Shown: piece by piece, positions 1-9,401 of the stretch | How the letters are laid out: each line of letters begins with the position of its first letter | Position numbering within the stretch: the stretch's first letter is position 1 | DNA from: an uncultured Bdellovibrionales bacterium | Lineage (GTDB): Bacteria; Patescibacteriota; Minisyncoccia; Moranbacterales; UBA9337 | Length of the DNA stretch: 64,000 nt | Direction: 5' to 3' | Assembly: GCA_964605525.1 (NCBI GenBank) | Contig: CAZSCV010000006.1 | Location: forward strand, 434-64,433 | Notes under the pieces: model-generated | What the model saw: only the letters and a program-made list of their open reading frames with translations | Databases searched by the model: none | What the model was told of the DNA's origin: nothing | Translations under genes and position numbers: made by a program

Positions 1-511
1 CCTCTCCGAACGCAGCTTCTATACTGCGATTATCGTTGCCGTTAACCCTGAGATGGTTTGCTCCTCCTGAGGGCGATACGCCGCCAGTATAATAATCCGT
101 TGCTTCTCCCTCCCAATCCAGAGGAAATTTAGCGGCATATCTTATAAAAAGATCGTCACCGAAGGTCATTTCCCTTCCGAATACAGTATTCGGATCCACT
201 ACGAAGAAGGAGTCGGTATCGTAATCATTGAAGATATGTCCGTTCGGATCCATACTCCTGGCAGAAAAAGATCCACCGAACGGACTGTCTGAATCCGCCG
301 TAAACCTATCCTTTTTACCGGCAATATCCTGGATAAAACCTCTTTCCAGGTAATGGCTCCAGATGTTTTCATCCAGATTATCATCTTCCTCGAAATCTGC
401 GCATATTTTCATCCCATCCGCCATCGGATTCGGACAATCGGCTTTCGCGGAAAAAGAAAAAAAAGTTATCCAGAAAAATAGCGCGCAAAATATAGCTATC
501 TTATTTTTCAT
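1..511 (-). CDS. Secreted hypothetical protein, N-terminal part (runs off window start)
   Basis: Manual minus-strand translation from ATG at 511..509 gives MKNKIAIFCALFFWITFFSFSAKA... with a clear signal peptide and no stop before position 1. It is absent from the ORF track because it is incomplete. Confidence 0.5.
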   Translation of the reverse strand, partial: MKNKIAIFCALFFWITFFSFSAKADCPNPMADGMKICADFEEDDNLDENIWSHYLERGFIQDIAGKKDRFTADSDSPFGGSFSARSMDPNGHIFNDYDTDSFFVVDPNTVFGREMTFGDDLFIRYAAKFPLDWEGEATDYYTGGVSPSGGANHLRVNGNDNRSIEAAFGE

Positions 512-522
512 AAATTACAAAC

Positions 523-2283
523 CTACCGCACCCTCAAGACAACATATTTGGTGTCTTTGTTTCCAGCCTTGTCATAAGCCGTAAGGCGCATCGTATATAC
601 TCCGGAAGGGGCATTTGTTGGAATATTCATCGAACTGGATTTCGTTTCTTTTCCTTTTAACGGCCCGCTTATGAAAGAATATTTATAATGGTCGATTTTG
701 TTATTATCCTTAGCTTTCCACCAAAGTTTTTCCCCCTTTGATTTCGTCAGGAATGCAGGCAAATCATATACATCCGGATCCTCGGTATCAACCTTGACTT
801 CATATTTCAAAGATTCATCAATTTCATTTCCACTGGCATCATAAAATTTAAATTTAATTTCATAAGTATTACTTTTTTTGGTTTTTATGGAAATTTTCCA
901 CTCTCCATTTTTAACATCAGTATCATCATATTCATCACCGTCCACATAAGCAACCACTCTTCCGCCACTAAGACCATCGACATCTCCCTTAAACGAAAAC
1001 TTTTTATCTTTTGAATACATCTTTTTTGAAGACACGGCTTTCATTGATTCTTCGCTAGAAGATGACTTGAATTTCGGCTTATCAACATCAATATCAGTGT
1101 CATCTTGAACAACCTCAGCCTCTTCATCATCAACCACGACTTCATTAGAAACAGAAAAACTGATAGAAAAATCAGATGCATTGGCATTATCGGAACCATC
1201 TTGGCAACGGACATAATAATTATATGAGTTTCCATCAGTTAATCCACTAATGGTTTGGGAATGAGTTGTCCCCCCTGTAGTGGAAAAAATATTACTCATT
1301 GAAGTATACGCAACACTAGTAGAAGTTGAATATTTACAAGTTGCAGATTCATTAGTGGATACCCGAAGTGATGCGCTTGTGGTTCCTGCTGATAATATTC
1401 CATCAGATGACCCATTATCAGACACGACAGGAGCGGTAGTATCTGGAGTTTCGGAAACAGAAAAACTAATAGTAAAATCAGACAAATTAGCATTTCCGGA
1501 ACCATCCTGGCAACGCACATAATAATTATATGAACCCCCATCCGCTAGTCCTGTAACAGCTTGCGAATGAGTCGTTCCTCCGGTAGTGGAAAAAGTATTG
1601 GTCATCGAAGCATAAGCAACACCGGCAGAAGTTGAATATTTGCACGTTGCAGATTCATCAGTGGCAAGAGAAACTGTCGTTCCGGTAGTTCCAACCGCAA
1701 GAGATCCGGTAGGCAAACCATTTGAAAGGCTCGGAACGGTTGTATCCGGAGCTACCGGAAAAGAGATTTCCGCATCTGTTATTGTTCCAGAACTCAAAGC
1801 CACTCCTAATTCATCAGAAATCTCATTTACCCGCAAAGACAATTGAGTGGAACCGGAAGTAAATCCAGCCGTAGTTTTGGCGTAAATAGTAACCAAATGA
1901 ACATCACTTCCATTGGCATACCCAGAAGCTGTAATTCCGGCAAATCGCAGATGTCCATTTGCAATATCTGTGATATTGACAACCATCAAATAGCTAGAAG
2001 CATCCGCTCCTTTATCAACACCATCCGTTCCCTGCGTAGTATCAATTTCCACAAGATCGGGATCAAAATCGAAGTACATATTAAACGCGCTTAAATCTTT
2101 CCCTCCAGTATCCATATGAACCTCCATTTCAAAATTCGTATCACTTCCAACATCCTGGCTAACCGGAGTCAGCCAAATATCCCCTTCACTCGCCTTAACC
2201 CCCGTGGAAAATAAAATCAAACCTGCTGCTGCAAATATTGTCGCGACAGTAATCCTCCTTAAATTGTTCGTAATTCCCAACAT
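523..2283 (-). CDS. Secreted surface protein: signal peptide, cohesin-like domain, two repeated Ig-like modules, Lys/Asp-rich C-terminal region
   Basis: N-terminal signal peptide. The N-terminal domain has a cohesin-like signature (FEMEVHMDTGGKDLSAFNMYFDFDPDLVEIDT). Two near-identical modules (ATCKYSTS...YNYYVRCQDGSGNAN) follow, then a low-complexity C-terminus. Confidence 0.55.
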   Translation of the reverse strand: MLGITNNLRRITVATIFAAAGLILFSTGVKASEGDIWLTPVSQDVGSDTNFEMEVHMDTGGKDLSAFNMYFDFDPDLVEIDTTQGTDGVDKGADASSYLMVVNITDIANGHLRFAGITASGYANGSDVHLVTIYAKTTAGFTSGSTQLSLRVNEISDELGVALSSGTITDAEISFPVAPDTTVPSLSNGLPTGSLAVGTTGTTVSLATDESATCKYSTSAGVAYASMTNTFSTTGGTTHSQAVTGLADGGSYNYYVRCQDGSGNANLSDFTISFSVSETPDTTAPVVSDNGSSDGILSAGTTSASLRVSTNESATCKYSTSTSVAYTSMSNIFSTTGGTTHSQTISGLTDGNSYNYYVRCQDGSDNANASDFSISFSVSNEVVVDDEEAEVVQDDTDIDVDKPKFKSSSSEESMKAVSSKKMYSKDKKFSFKGDVDGLSGGRVVAYVDGDEYDDTDVKNGEWKISIKTKKSNTYEIKFKFYDASGNEIDESLKYEVKVDTEDPDVYDLPAFLTKSKGEKLWWKAKDNNKIDHYKYSFISGPLKGKETKSSSMNIPTNAPSGVYTMRLTAYDKAGNKDTKYVVLRVR

Positions 2284-2328
2284 ATTTTTTATTTTAAGAA
2301 ATAAGTTTTTATTTTAAATACATATTAT

Positions 2329-3567
2329 TTACAAACACCAATCAGTTCCGGACATATCCAATCCAATTGAATTTCTCAATATTAACATCGCGTCTGTTGT
2401 GTTGGTCGTATCATCACAATTCACATCCCCGGTATTAACAGAATCATACCAGCTAGTCAGACTCATATCCATTCCTACAGAACTTCTCAAAACTAATTGA
2501 GCGTCCGTAGTATTGCTCACTCCATTTTGATCAACATCGCTTCGTTCAGTAGCGACAATCGCGCTTTCAACAACAAAAGACGTAACCGGCAAAACATTGG
2601 AAACATTTCCGGCAGCATCAGTCACTGTAATTGTACAATCCGAATATGTTCCATCTGCCAAAGAACTGAATGTAGTGGTATTATTTCCCAAAACAGCTGT
2701 CGTATTAATACTACTGCACGATCCTCCAAAAGTAATAGTTCCTGCCTCTGTTGAACTGAAAACATAATTCGGGGTACTATCGCTGGTTGGAGTTGCAACC
2801 GGAGTAATTTCTTCCAAAACTGGAGCAGTTAAATCCAAAGGATTAACCGTGATGCTCGCGTCAAGGACGCTTTGCAAAATATCCGTTCCAGCACCATCAT
2901 CCGCAATCACATCACTATCGTCATAACTTCCAACTGAATTAAAACTTAGTGAGATACTCTTACTTTCAGCAGAACTTTGAAGCGCTTGGAAACTTACAGT
3001 AGCCACAACCCCGGAAGACAAATTAACTCCAGGAGTAGGTTTTGCAACTGTAATATCCAAAATTCCATTCACTGTATCATTACTGACTATCTCACAAGTG
3101 CGATCCGGGTCATCCACATCACTACAATCCAATCCATTATCAAAAACAGAATTGGTCAAATCCCATCCTGTCATCTGAAAAAAAAGCGGATCATATTCAA
3201 TTATGGCTCGCGCGACAACCGCATCACTGCCATTAGTATCAACAATGACATCCAAATCAAAAACATCCCCTTCTGTGACAGCAAGAGAGTTTTCTCCGCT
3301 CTGAGAATCCAGTAAAGAAAGAGAAACTTCGTCAGCGGCGCTGGACATATTTTGAATATCCAACGAAACAGTCAGAATAACACTAACAAAAGCTCCAGCA
3401 ATAAAAGCCAGCATAAAAACACCCTTCCATGTTTTTATTTGTGTTTTTTTGGTAAAAACATACGTTTTTCCAAGCCAGGAATATGTCTGCCCAGCCACTT
3501 CATCAATCTTTCTCTTCTTAGGAGAAGATAGAAATGGTCCATTTTCATCTTTGTTTTTTGTTTCCAT
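2329..3567 (-). CDS. Membrane-anchored protein with cohesin-like domain, Big-like domain and C-terminal type-I dockerin repeat pair
   Basis: N-terminal TM helix. The cohesin-like block is FDLDVIVDTNGSDAVVARAIIEYDPLFFQMTG and the Ig-like block is SLADGTYSDCTITVTDAAGNVS. The two C-terminal segments DVDQNGVSNTTDAQLVLR and DVNCDDTTNTTDAMLILR match the dockerin Ca-binding repeat D-x-N-x-D-G-x-V-N-x-x-D. Confidence 0.6.
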   Translation of the reverse strand: METKNKDENGPFLSSPKKRKIDEVAGQTYSWLGKTYVFTKKTQIKTWKGVFMLAFIAGAFVSVILTVSLDIQNMSSAADEVSLSLLDSQSGENSLAVTEGDVFDLDVIVDTNGSDAVVARAIIEYDPLFFQMTGWDLTNSVFDNGLDCSDVDDPDRTCEIVSNDTVNGILDITVAKPTPGVNLSSGVVATVSFQALQSSAESKSISLSFNSVGSYDDSDVIADDGAGTDILQSVLDASITVNPLDLTAPVLEEITPVATPTSDSTPNYVFSSTEAGTITFGGSCSSINTTAVLGNNTTTFSSLADGTYSDCTITVTDAAGNVSNVLPVTSFVVESAIVATERSDVDQNGVSNTTDAQLVLRSSVGMDMSLTSWYDSVNTGDVNCDDTTNTTDAMLILRNSIGLDMSGTDWCL

Positions 3568-3598
3568 ATTTATACTTTTTATTTTTAAAAAAAAGAAA

Positions 3599-4051
3599 CT
3601 ATATTTTTATCATTCGAATCAAATCGGAACGAGCAATGATTCCTTTTATCTTCCCTTCAAAATTAACCACAGGAATAATATGTAAATTCTTCTCTTTTAT
3701 TAAATCCAAAACCTTCTCGATGCTATCTTCCGGCAAAACGGTAATACATTCTTTTGTCATTATATCCGCCGCCGTTGAATTAACAATCTCTTTTATTTTA
3801 TCTTTTTCTTCGCTGTCTATTTTGCCTGAAAATTTTGTTTTCTTGATAAAATTTATATATGATGGCAAATGCAGATTGAAAGAATCCTTGATGAAAAAAT
3901 CTGTTTCAGTGATTATTCCAACCAAAACCCCGCCCTCAACTACCGGAACACCGTGGATTTTTTTTTCCGTCAGAATAGATGCCACTCTGTCAATTCTTTC
4001 TTCTGGAAAAACAGAAACCACTTCCGCCGTCATCACATCTCTTACAAGCAT
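3599..4051 (-). CDS. CBS domain pair protein
   Basis: Two CBS-like modules (VMT..V..V.....V...I...G.PVV; IARSDLIR). Confidence 0.75.
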   Translation of the reverse strand: MLVRDVMTAEVVSVFPEERIDRVASILTEKKIHGVPVVEGGVLVGIITETDFFIKDSFNLHLPSYINFIKKTKFSGKIDSEEKDKIKEIVNSTAADIMTKECITVLPEDSIEKVLDLIKEKNLHIIPVVNFEGKIKGIIARSDLIRMIKI

Positions 4052-4129
4052 AAAAAAATATTACAAATTATCAATTATCAATTATCCACTACTTAAATTA
4101 TATACCAAAAACACATTTTTTCCAACAAG

Positions 4130-5287
4130 CTAGAAAAAGTTCTTTATCTTTTCAAAAAAACCCAGATTTGAAATATCCCGAAATGTAATGACGACCATAA
4201 GAATAATCAGAAATAAAAATCCTGCCGTATGCGCCAATTGCTCGAAATTTTTACTTACTGGAGACCCTTTTATTTTCTCAATAAGGATAAAAAATACCCT
4301 TCCGCCGTCCAATGCCGGAAAAGGAAGCGCGTTTATGATTCCCAAATTTATACTCAAGATAGCCGCAAATTGCAAAACATATACCAAGCCCAAAGCGGCG
4401 ACTTGCTTGGTAATAATCGCAATCCCAACCGGACCGGAAATATCCAAAGGAACGGATGATTTCACGAAAAGCATTTTCGCCAAAGCAAACAGAGCGCCCA
4501 AAATCATCATCACGAAATCAATAACTGCCATAAATCCTTTTGTGATAGACTGATACCATGGATACTTCACCATTGCAGTCCTGGCAAGAGAAATTCCTAA
4601 TGAACCCTGATCCGCCGGATATTCCATTCGAGGAACTCCTTTCAATTTCAAAATCTCATCTCCCCTTTTTATTTCCATTAAAATTTCCATTCCTTTACTG
4701 GCAGAAATAAAATCCTGGACTTGGACTGTTTTTTCAACCGAAATACATCCAGACCCGCTCGCCGCACAAAGTTTCGAAATTTCATCCCCCACTTTCAAAC
4801 CCATTTCCATTGCCGGAGTATTTTCCAAAACTTGGGAAATTTGCACTTTGGGCGAAACAACACTTGCGTCATCGCTAATGGATTCCGGCGCTCCCATCAC
4901 AAAAATTGCAGAAAATAGAAGCCATGCCAACAAAAAATTCATTATCACTCCAGCAGACAAAACCTTGATTCTTACCCAGGCAGATTTTGCAGAAAAACTA
5001 TCTTTTTCATTTTCTCCCTCCCCGTTTTCTCCTTTTATTTTCACAAATCCTCCCAAAGGAATCCAATTAATGGAATAAACAGTATTTACAGATTCAATCT
5101 TTTTATTTCCAAACACCAATTTAAATCTTCCCGTCTTCTCACTGCGCACGAATCCAAAAATTCTCGGAGGAAACCCAAATCCGAATTCATCTGCTTTGAT
5201 TCCGTTGCGAATCGCCATTACAAAATGTCCCAATTCGTGCACGAAAATCAAAACTCCCAATATTATGATAAAAATTAAAATATTCAT
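4130..5287 (-). CDS. rseP: RIP metalloprotease RseP (site-2 protease, M50 family) with PDZ domain
   Basis: HELGHF zinc motif in the first TM, multi-TM architecture and the LDGG motif. Confidence 0.85.
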   Translation of the reverse strand: MNILIFIIILGVLIFVHELGHFVMAIRNGIKADEFGFGFPPRIFGFVRSEKTGRFKLVFGNKKIESVNTVYSINWIPLGGFVKIKGENGEGENEKDSFSAKSAWVRIKVLSAGVIMNFLLAWLLFSAIFVMGAPESISDDASVVSPKVQISQVLENTPAMEMGLKVGDEISKLCAASGSGCISVEKTVQVQDFISASKGMEILMEIKRGDEILKLKGVPRMEYPADQGSLGISLARTAMVKYPWYQSITKGFMAVIDFVMMILGALFALAKMLFVKSSVPLDISGPVGIAIITKQVAALGLVYVLQFAAILSINLGIINALPFPALDGGRVFFILIEKIKGSPVSKNFEQLAHTAGFLFLIILMVVITFRDISNLGFFEKIKNFF

Positions 5288-5450
5288 TGTAAAAAAATTT
5301 CTAATTATTAATTTCTAATTTCTAAACAAATCCCAATTATCCAATGTTTAAATTTCAAAACATTGAAACATTTTAAAATTAAAAAATTGATTTAAAATTG
5401 GAAATTAGAAATTAGAAATTTATAAAAATTATGCCCAACATAATTTTTAT

Positions 5451-6008
5451 CTACACCGTCATAATGTCCTTCTCTTTCTTTTCCCGCAATTCTTCCAATT
5501 TTTTGTTATATTCATCAATAATTTCCTGCAATCTTTCTTTTCCCCGAAACTTGTCATCCTCGGCCATTTTTCCATTCTTTTCAGCTTCCTGAATTTCCTG
5601 CCAAATTTCCTCTCTAATTCCGCGAACAGAAATCCTCGCATCCTCAGTTTTTTGATTAAGCGTTTTTACAAAATCTTTTCTTCTTTCTTCGGTAAGCGGA
5701 GGAATATTTATTCGAATAATTTTTCCGTCATTATTTGGATTGAAACCCAAATCAGATAATTTAATTGCCGCCTCAATATTCGTCAAACTATCCGTGTCCC
5801 AAGGAGAAATCACGATCAATCTTGGCTCGGGAGAACTGATATTTGCCATTTGTTTGAGAGGAGTCTTACTTCCGTAATAATCAATCAGCAATCCTTCCAC
5901 GATCCCGGGATTGGCGCGCCCGGTTCTTATTTTTTCCGCTTCATTTTTGTAGTGTACTATTGCATTCTCCAGATCCCCTTTCTTCCTCTCTATTATTTCT
6001 TTATACAT
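5451..6008 (-). CDS. frr: Ribosome recycling factor
   Basis: Full-length similarity to RRF (185 aa; ...RTGRANPGIVEGLLIDYYG...). Confidence 0.9.
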   Translation of the reverse strand: MYKEIIERKKGDLENAIVHYKNEAEKIRTGRANPGIVEGLLIDYYGSKTPLKQMANISSPEPRLIVISPWDTDSLTNIEAAIKLSDLGFNPNNDGKIIRINIPPLTEERRKDFVKTLNQKTEDARISVRGIREEIWQEIQEAEKNGKMAEDDKFRGKERLQEIIDEYNKKLEELREKKEKDIMTV

Positions 6009-6030
6009 ATTTTTATAATTTATTTAATTA

Positions 6031-7101
6031 TTAAAAATCTCTCAGACCGGCATATATTTTACTCGGATCATTGATATTATATTTCAACGCGCTTATACTT
6101 TTTTTAGTATCCAGCTGAAAAACCGACCATTGCGTCCCGCCATCATTGGTTTTATATATCGCTTGCGCAGCTGCGTACACAATCTCATTGGAATTATTCG
6201 GATTAACGGCAATAGCATAAATGGGAAATTTCTTTGAACTCCCGATAACATTCACTTCGGCGATACTATCTCCGAAATTGGAAGATTTGAACATTCCTTC
6301 CGACGTTCCGATATATGCGACTCCGGTATTACTTGGATCCGCAACAATAGATTTTACCGAGGAAGATGGAAAATTAACAATATCTTTTTTATCTTTATTT
6401 TTGTTTTTTCCCAAAAAAGCGAAACTAATTCCATTGTCTTTTGTTATCAAAGCTCCATCACCCAAAACAAGAAAATACACCGCATTCTCATTTTTCTCAT
6501 CAATAACTATTTTAGTTATCGGACTCGTTTCCGCATGAAAATCCTTCCAAGTATCCCCTCCGTCATAAGTTTTGATAATCGTCCCCTTACTTGTTCCGGC
6601 ATACACAATTTGAGGATCAACTTTACTAATCGCCAAAGAAATTATCAGTGTTCCGTCTGCCGGTTCGCTGTATATCTCCCGCCAGCTCGCCCCCCGGTCG
6701 TCTGTACGAAAAATTTTCCCACGTTTTCCCAAAACACCAGTTGCATAAATTGTTTCTGGTTGCTGGTGATTGATGGCAACTCCATATACTTTGGTTGCCA
6801 AAAACTCTGTATTTTTTGTCCATTTTTCACCGCCATCATTAGAAGAAAAAATTCCATTATCCGCACTTCCCAAATACACAGCCTCCGAATTAATCGGATC
6901 AACTGCCATCGTCAAAATATCAACACCAGAAATATTCGTTTTTTCATCATAATAATTTTTTGCTTCCCAATTATTTCCACCGTCAATATTTACCAAGAAA
7001 CCTCCCGTTGAAGTTTTTTTCACTCCGGACAAATCAAATGAACATCCGGAAAAAACAAAAACGACGGTTATTAACAATATAATTTTTATATAATTTTTCA
7101 T
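6031..7101 (-). CDS. Lipoprotein with BNR/Asp-box repeats (Ycf48/sialidase-like beta-propeller)
   Basis: Lipobox MKNYIKIILLITVVFVFSGCS. Five S/T-x-D-x-G-x-x-W repeats (DGGNNW, NDGGEKW, DDRGASW, YDGGDTW, NDGGTQW). Confidence 0.6.
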   Translation of the reverse strand: MKNYIKIILLITVVFVFSGCSFDLSGVKKTSTGGFLVNIDGGNNWEAKNYYDEKTNISGVDILTMAVDPINSEAVYLGSADNGIFSSNDGGEKWTKNTEFLATKVYGVAINHQQPETIYATGVLGKRGKIFRTDDRGASWREIYSEPADGTLIISLAISKVDPQIVYAGTSKGTIIKTYDGGDTWKDFHAETSPITKIVIDEKNENAVYFLVLGDGALITKDNGISFAFLGKNKNKDKKDIVNFPSSSVKSIVADPSNTGVAYIGTSEGMFKSSNFGDSIAEVNVIGSSKKFPIYAIAVNPNNSNEIVYAAAQAIYKTNDGGTQWSVFQLDTKKSISALKYNINDPSKIYAGLRDF

Positions 7102-7222
7102 ATTTTTATTCTAGCATATTTCAAGAAAAAACAAAAAACAATCCTCGTGGATTGCTTCATATATCGTGGTGCGTCGTGGGGGAATCCCAGTCCGCTGGTC
7201 CGCCCGTGGTGGAGAACCTTTG

Positions 7223-7295
7223 TGCGTCGTGGGGGAATCGAACCCTCGACCGTTGGCTTAAAAGGCCACTGCTCTACCGACTGAGCTAACGACGC
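7223..7295 (-). tRNA. tRNA-Lys (anticodon UUU)
   Basis: Reverse complement GCGTCGTTAGCTCAGTCGGTAGAGCAGTGGCCTTTTAAGCCAACGGTCGAGGGTTCGATTCCCCCACGACGCA folds as a cloverleaf with anticodon loop CTTTTAA and T-loop GGTTCGATTCC. No CCA is encoded. Confidence 0.7.
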
Positions 7296-7467
7296 ATATA
7301 CTATTTTAAATTAACTCTGACAAATTCCATCTTTTTGCGGGCTACGCTACCGAGTGCTTGTCCGCCTGTGGAGGAAGCTAACGACGCATATATTTCAAAT
7401 TTTCTGCATTTCATTGGTCAACTTAACCAACCTAACTATTATACTAATTCAAACGTATAAGTCAATA

Positions 7468-7983
7468 CTACTTCGATCTCTTGCTTAAGAAAAGTAAAAA
7501 TACCAATGGCAGAACCATCCAAAATATCTGCGCGTACAGCGAAGCAAAATAGCTCAGTGAACTTTCGGAAATATACTGCAAAACAATCTTTTTCGGCAAA
7601 TGAGAAATAATAATACTAAAAACCAGTCCCATCTCCAAAAAACTCATCACGAAAAGCCGCCAAAAAAAACCGCCTGGAACCGTGTTGGAAATATGAATAT
7701 CAAAAAGATAATCACCGATTATAGTTAAAAAAATAACTGCCGCCAAGAAAAAAACTGCCGGCAAAATACCGGAACTGCTCAGCCATTTTGCGGGAATAAC
7801 CCCCAAAAGCGCCACTGCAATGTAAATATTAATAAGCACATTCACCAAGCGAAACCTTCCAATATACATTCCCAATCCCACACTCACCACTGACAAAATC
7901 AAAAACATCGAAATATCTCCTGAAATTTTTTCCGGCAAACCCAAATCCACAAACAATCCTTGCATTCCCATATTTTTCAACAA
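7468..7983 (-). CDS. Hypothetical polytopic membrane protein
   Basis: ORF with several hydrophobic helices and no recognisable motif. Confidence 0.4.
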   Translation of the reverse strand: MLKNMGMQGLFVDLGLPEKISGDISMFLILSVVSVGLGMYIGRFRLVNVLINIYIAVALLGVIPAKWLSSSGILPAVFFLAAVIFLTIIGDYLFDIHISNTVPGGFFWRLFVMSFLEMGLVFSIIISHLPKKIVLQYISESSLSYFASLYAQIFWMVLPLVFLLFLSKRSK

Positions 7984-7989
7984 ATCAAA

Positions 7990-9207
7990 TTAATTCCTTC
8001 TCTCTACTAGATTATACAAAATATTTTCAAATTGGGAAATATATTTGCCTTTGCTGTATTTTTCCAGAGATTCTCTTTGAATCTTATTTTCATCAAAAAC
8101 ACATTTGCCGCCAGCGATTTTATTCAAAATATCAATCATTTCTTTTTGGCTATTTACAATAAATCCATTTCTTCCATTCTGAATTATTTCCCCATAAGCT
8201 CCGGCATTAAAGCCCACAAAAGGTTTTCCCTGTGAAATGGATTCCAGCGCCACTAGCCCAAAAGTTTCCGGCAATTTTGATCCGGAAACAACCACCTCCG
8301 CGTTTCTGATGTATTTTTTCAGCATTATCTGGTTGAGAAATCCCAAACGGACAATTTTTTCGTTTTCCGGAAAAACAAAACCGCCCTCAATCTCCCCCGC
8401 CAAATACAATTTCATTCCAAAAACTTCCCCGAAAACGGAAATCAAATTTTCAACACCCTTATTTCGGGAAATTCTCCCGGCATAAATCGCATATTTTTCC
8501 CGCGGGCTGTTCTCCTTTTCTTCTCCCGCGCAACCTTTCTCCTTTCCTGCTATAAAATGAGGGATTATTTTTATTTTATCCGCGCTGATTCCCCGCTTAA
8601 TCAAAATATTTCTCGCAAACTCGCTCGGACAAATATACAAATCAATATTTTTTCGATATGTCCCAAAAAAATCATGCCAATACGCTTCCAGCATTGCCAC
8701 CAAACTTTGGAAATAAGAATTTTTGAAACATTTATCTAAGAAACATTGGTAATATTTTCCATTCAGGCAACGGTCATAAATTTTTCCGTTGTAATACAAA
8801 TCATAATTCGGACTTACCAATTTGTAATCATGTACCGTCATCACAATCGGAATGCCACGCTTTTTTATTTCAAACAAAATCATCGGGGAAAGCTGGTGGT
8901 AAACATTATGAATATGGACGATATCGGGATTAAAATCATCCAGCAACTTATTGATTTTTCGCTTCGCCTCCAAAGAAAAAAACATCCGGAAAATTCCTTT
9001 GATTTTTTGCGCCCAAGAATAATCTGCCGTATATCCGACCAAAGAAACAAAATATTTTTCCCATTTGCTTTTTTTGTTTTTCGGATGCTTCATCGAAAAA
9101 ACCGCCACCTCGTGACCGACACTTTCAAGCAAAAAAACAACATCCAAAAAATGCTTGTCCGCTCCCCCTTTGGGAAAATAGAATTTATTTATTTCTAAAA
9201 TTTTCAT
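7990..9207 (-). CDS. Glycosyltransferase family 4
   Basis: GT4 C-terminal signature (PETFGLVALESISQGKPFVG...). The likely true start is MKILEINKFYFPKGGAD at 9207. The upstream in-frame extension to 9345 lies in a repeat and is probably not coding. Confidence 0.75.
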   Translation of the reverse strand: MKILEINKFYFPKGGADKHFLDVVFLLESVGHEVAVFSMKHPKNKKSKWEKYFVSLVGYTADYSWAQKIKGIFRMFFSLEAKRKINKLLDDFNPDIVHIHNVYHQLSPMILFEIKKRGIPIVMTVHDYKLVSPNYDLYYNGKIYDRCLNGKYYQCFLDKCFKNSYFQSLVAMLEAYWHDFFGTYRKNIDLYICPSEFARNILIKRGISADKIKIIPHFIAGKEKGCAGEEKENSPREKYAIYAGRISRNKGVENLISVFGEVFGMKLYLAGEIEGGFVFPENEKIVRLGFLNQIMLKKYIRNAEVVVSGSKLPETFGLVALESISQGKPFVGFNAGAYGEIIQNGRNGFIVNSQKEMIDILNKIAGGKCVFDENKIQRESLEKYSKGKYISQFENILYNLVERRN

Positions 9208-9238
9208 AATAATTTGCTCGATTGAATAATGAAGCTCT

Positions 9239-9347
9239 CGGTTTTCCGGAAAAATGTTTTTTTCGCAGCTGTCCGTGTCCCTCGAAAGGACCGGAGAAAA
9301 AAATATTTTTCCGGAAAACCATCTGGAGACTACCTGAATGCGCAAGT
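9239..9347. repeat. 108-nt intergenic repeat, copy A (copy B at 18490..18598)
   Basis: About 90% identity to 18490..18598 (cggttttc[c/t]g[g]aaaaatgtttttttcgcagctgtccg[t/c]gtccctcgaaaggaccggagaaaaaaata...acgcaagt). It contains a short hairpin GTCC-N7-GGAC. Confidence 0.6.
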
Positions 9348-9401
9348 CTCAAAAGAAAGAATAACATATTCAAAAGGGACAATTGGAAAAAGAAAAATTT
9401 A

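Noticed and set aside
199-584. Track ORFs 199..384 (-) and 363..584 (+)
   Set aside because: They overlap the better-supported signal-peptide-bearing partial CDS 1..511 (-) in other frames, and they lack protein-like composition.
7302-7375. Possible second tRNA between the two agctaacgacgcatata repeats
   Set aside because: The reverse complement starts like the tRNA-Lys acceptor or D-stem but has no D-loop, anticodon arm or T-arm. It is treated as a recombination scar, not a gene.
9208-9345. N-terminal extensions of the GT4 ORFs (MRIQVVSRWFSGKIFF...) and ORF 18243..18596 (-)
   Set aside because: The similarity between the two derives from the 108-nt DNA repeat, not from protein conservation. 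The downstream sequences diverge, and the ORF at 18243..18596 runs antisense through the 18063..18461 gene.
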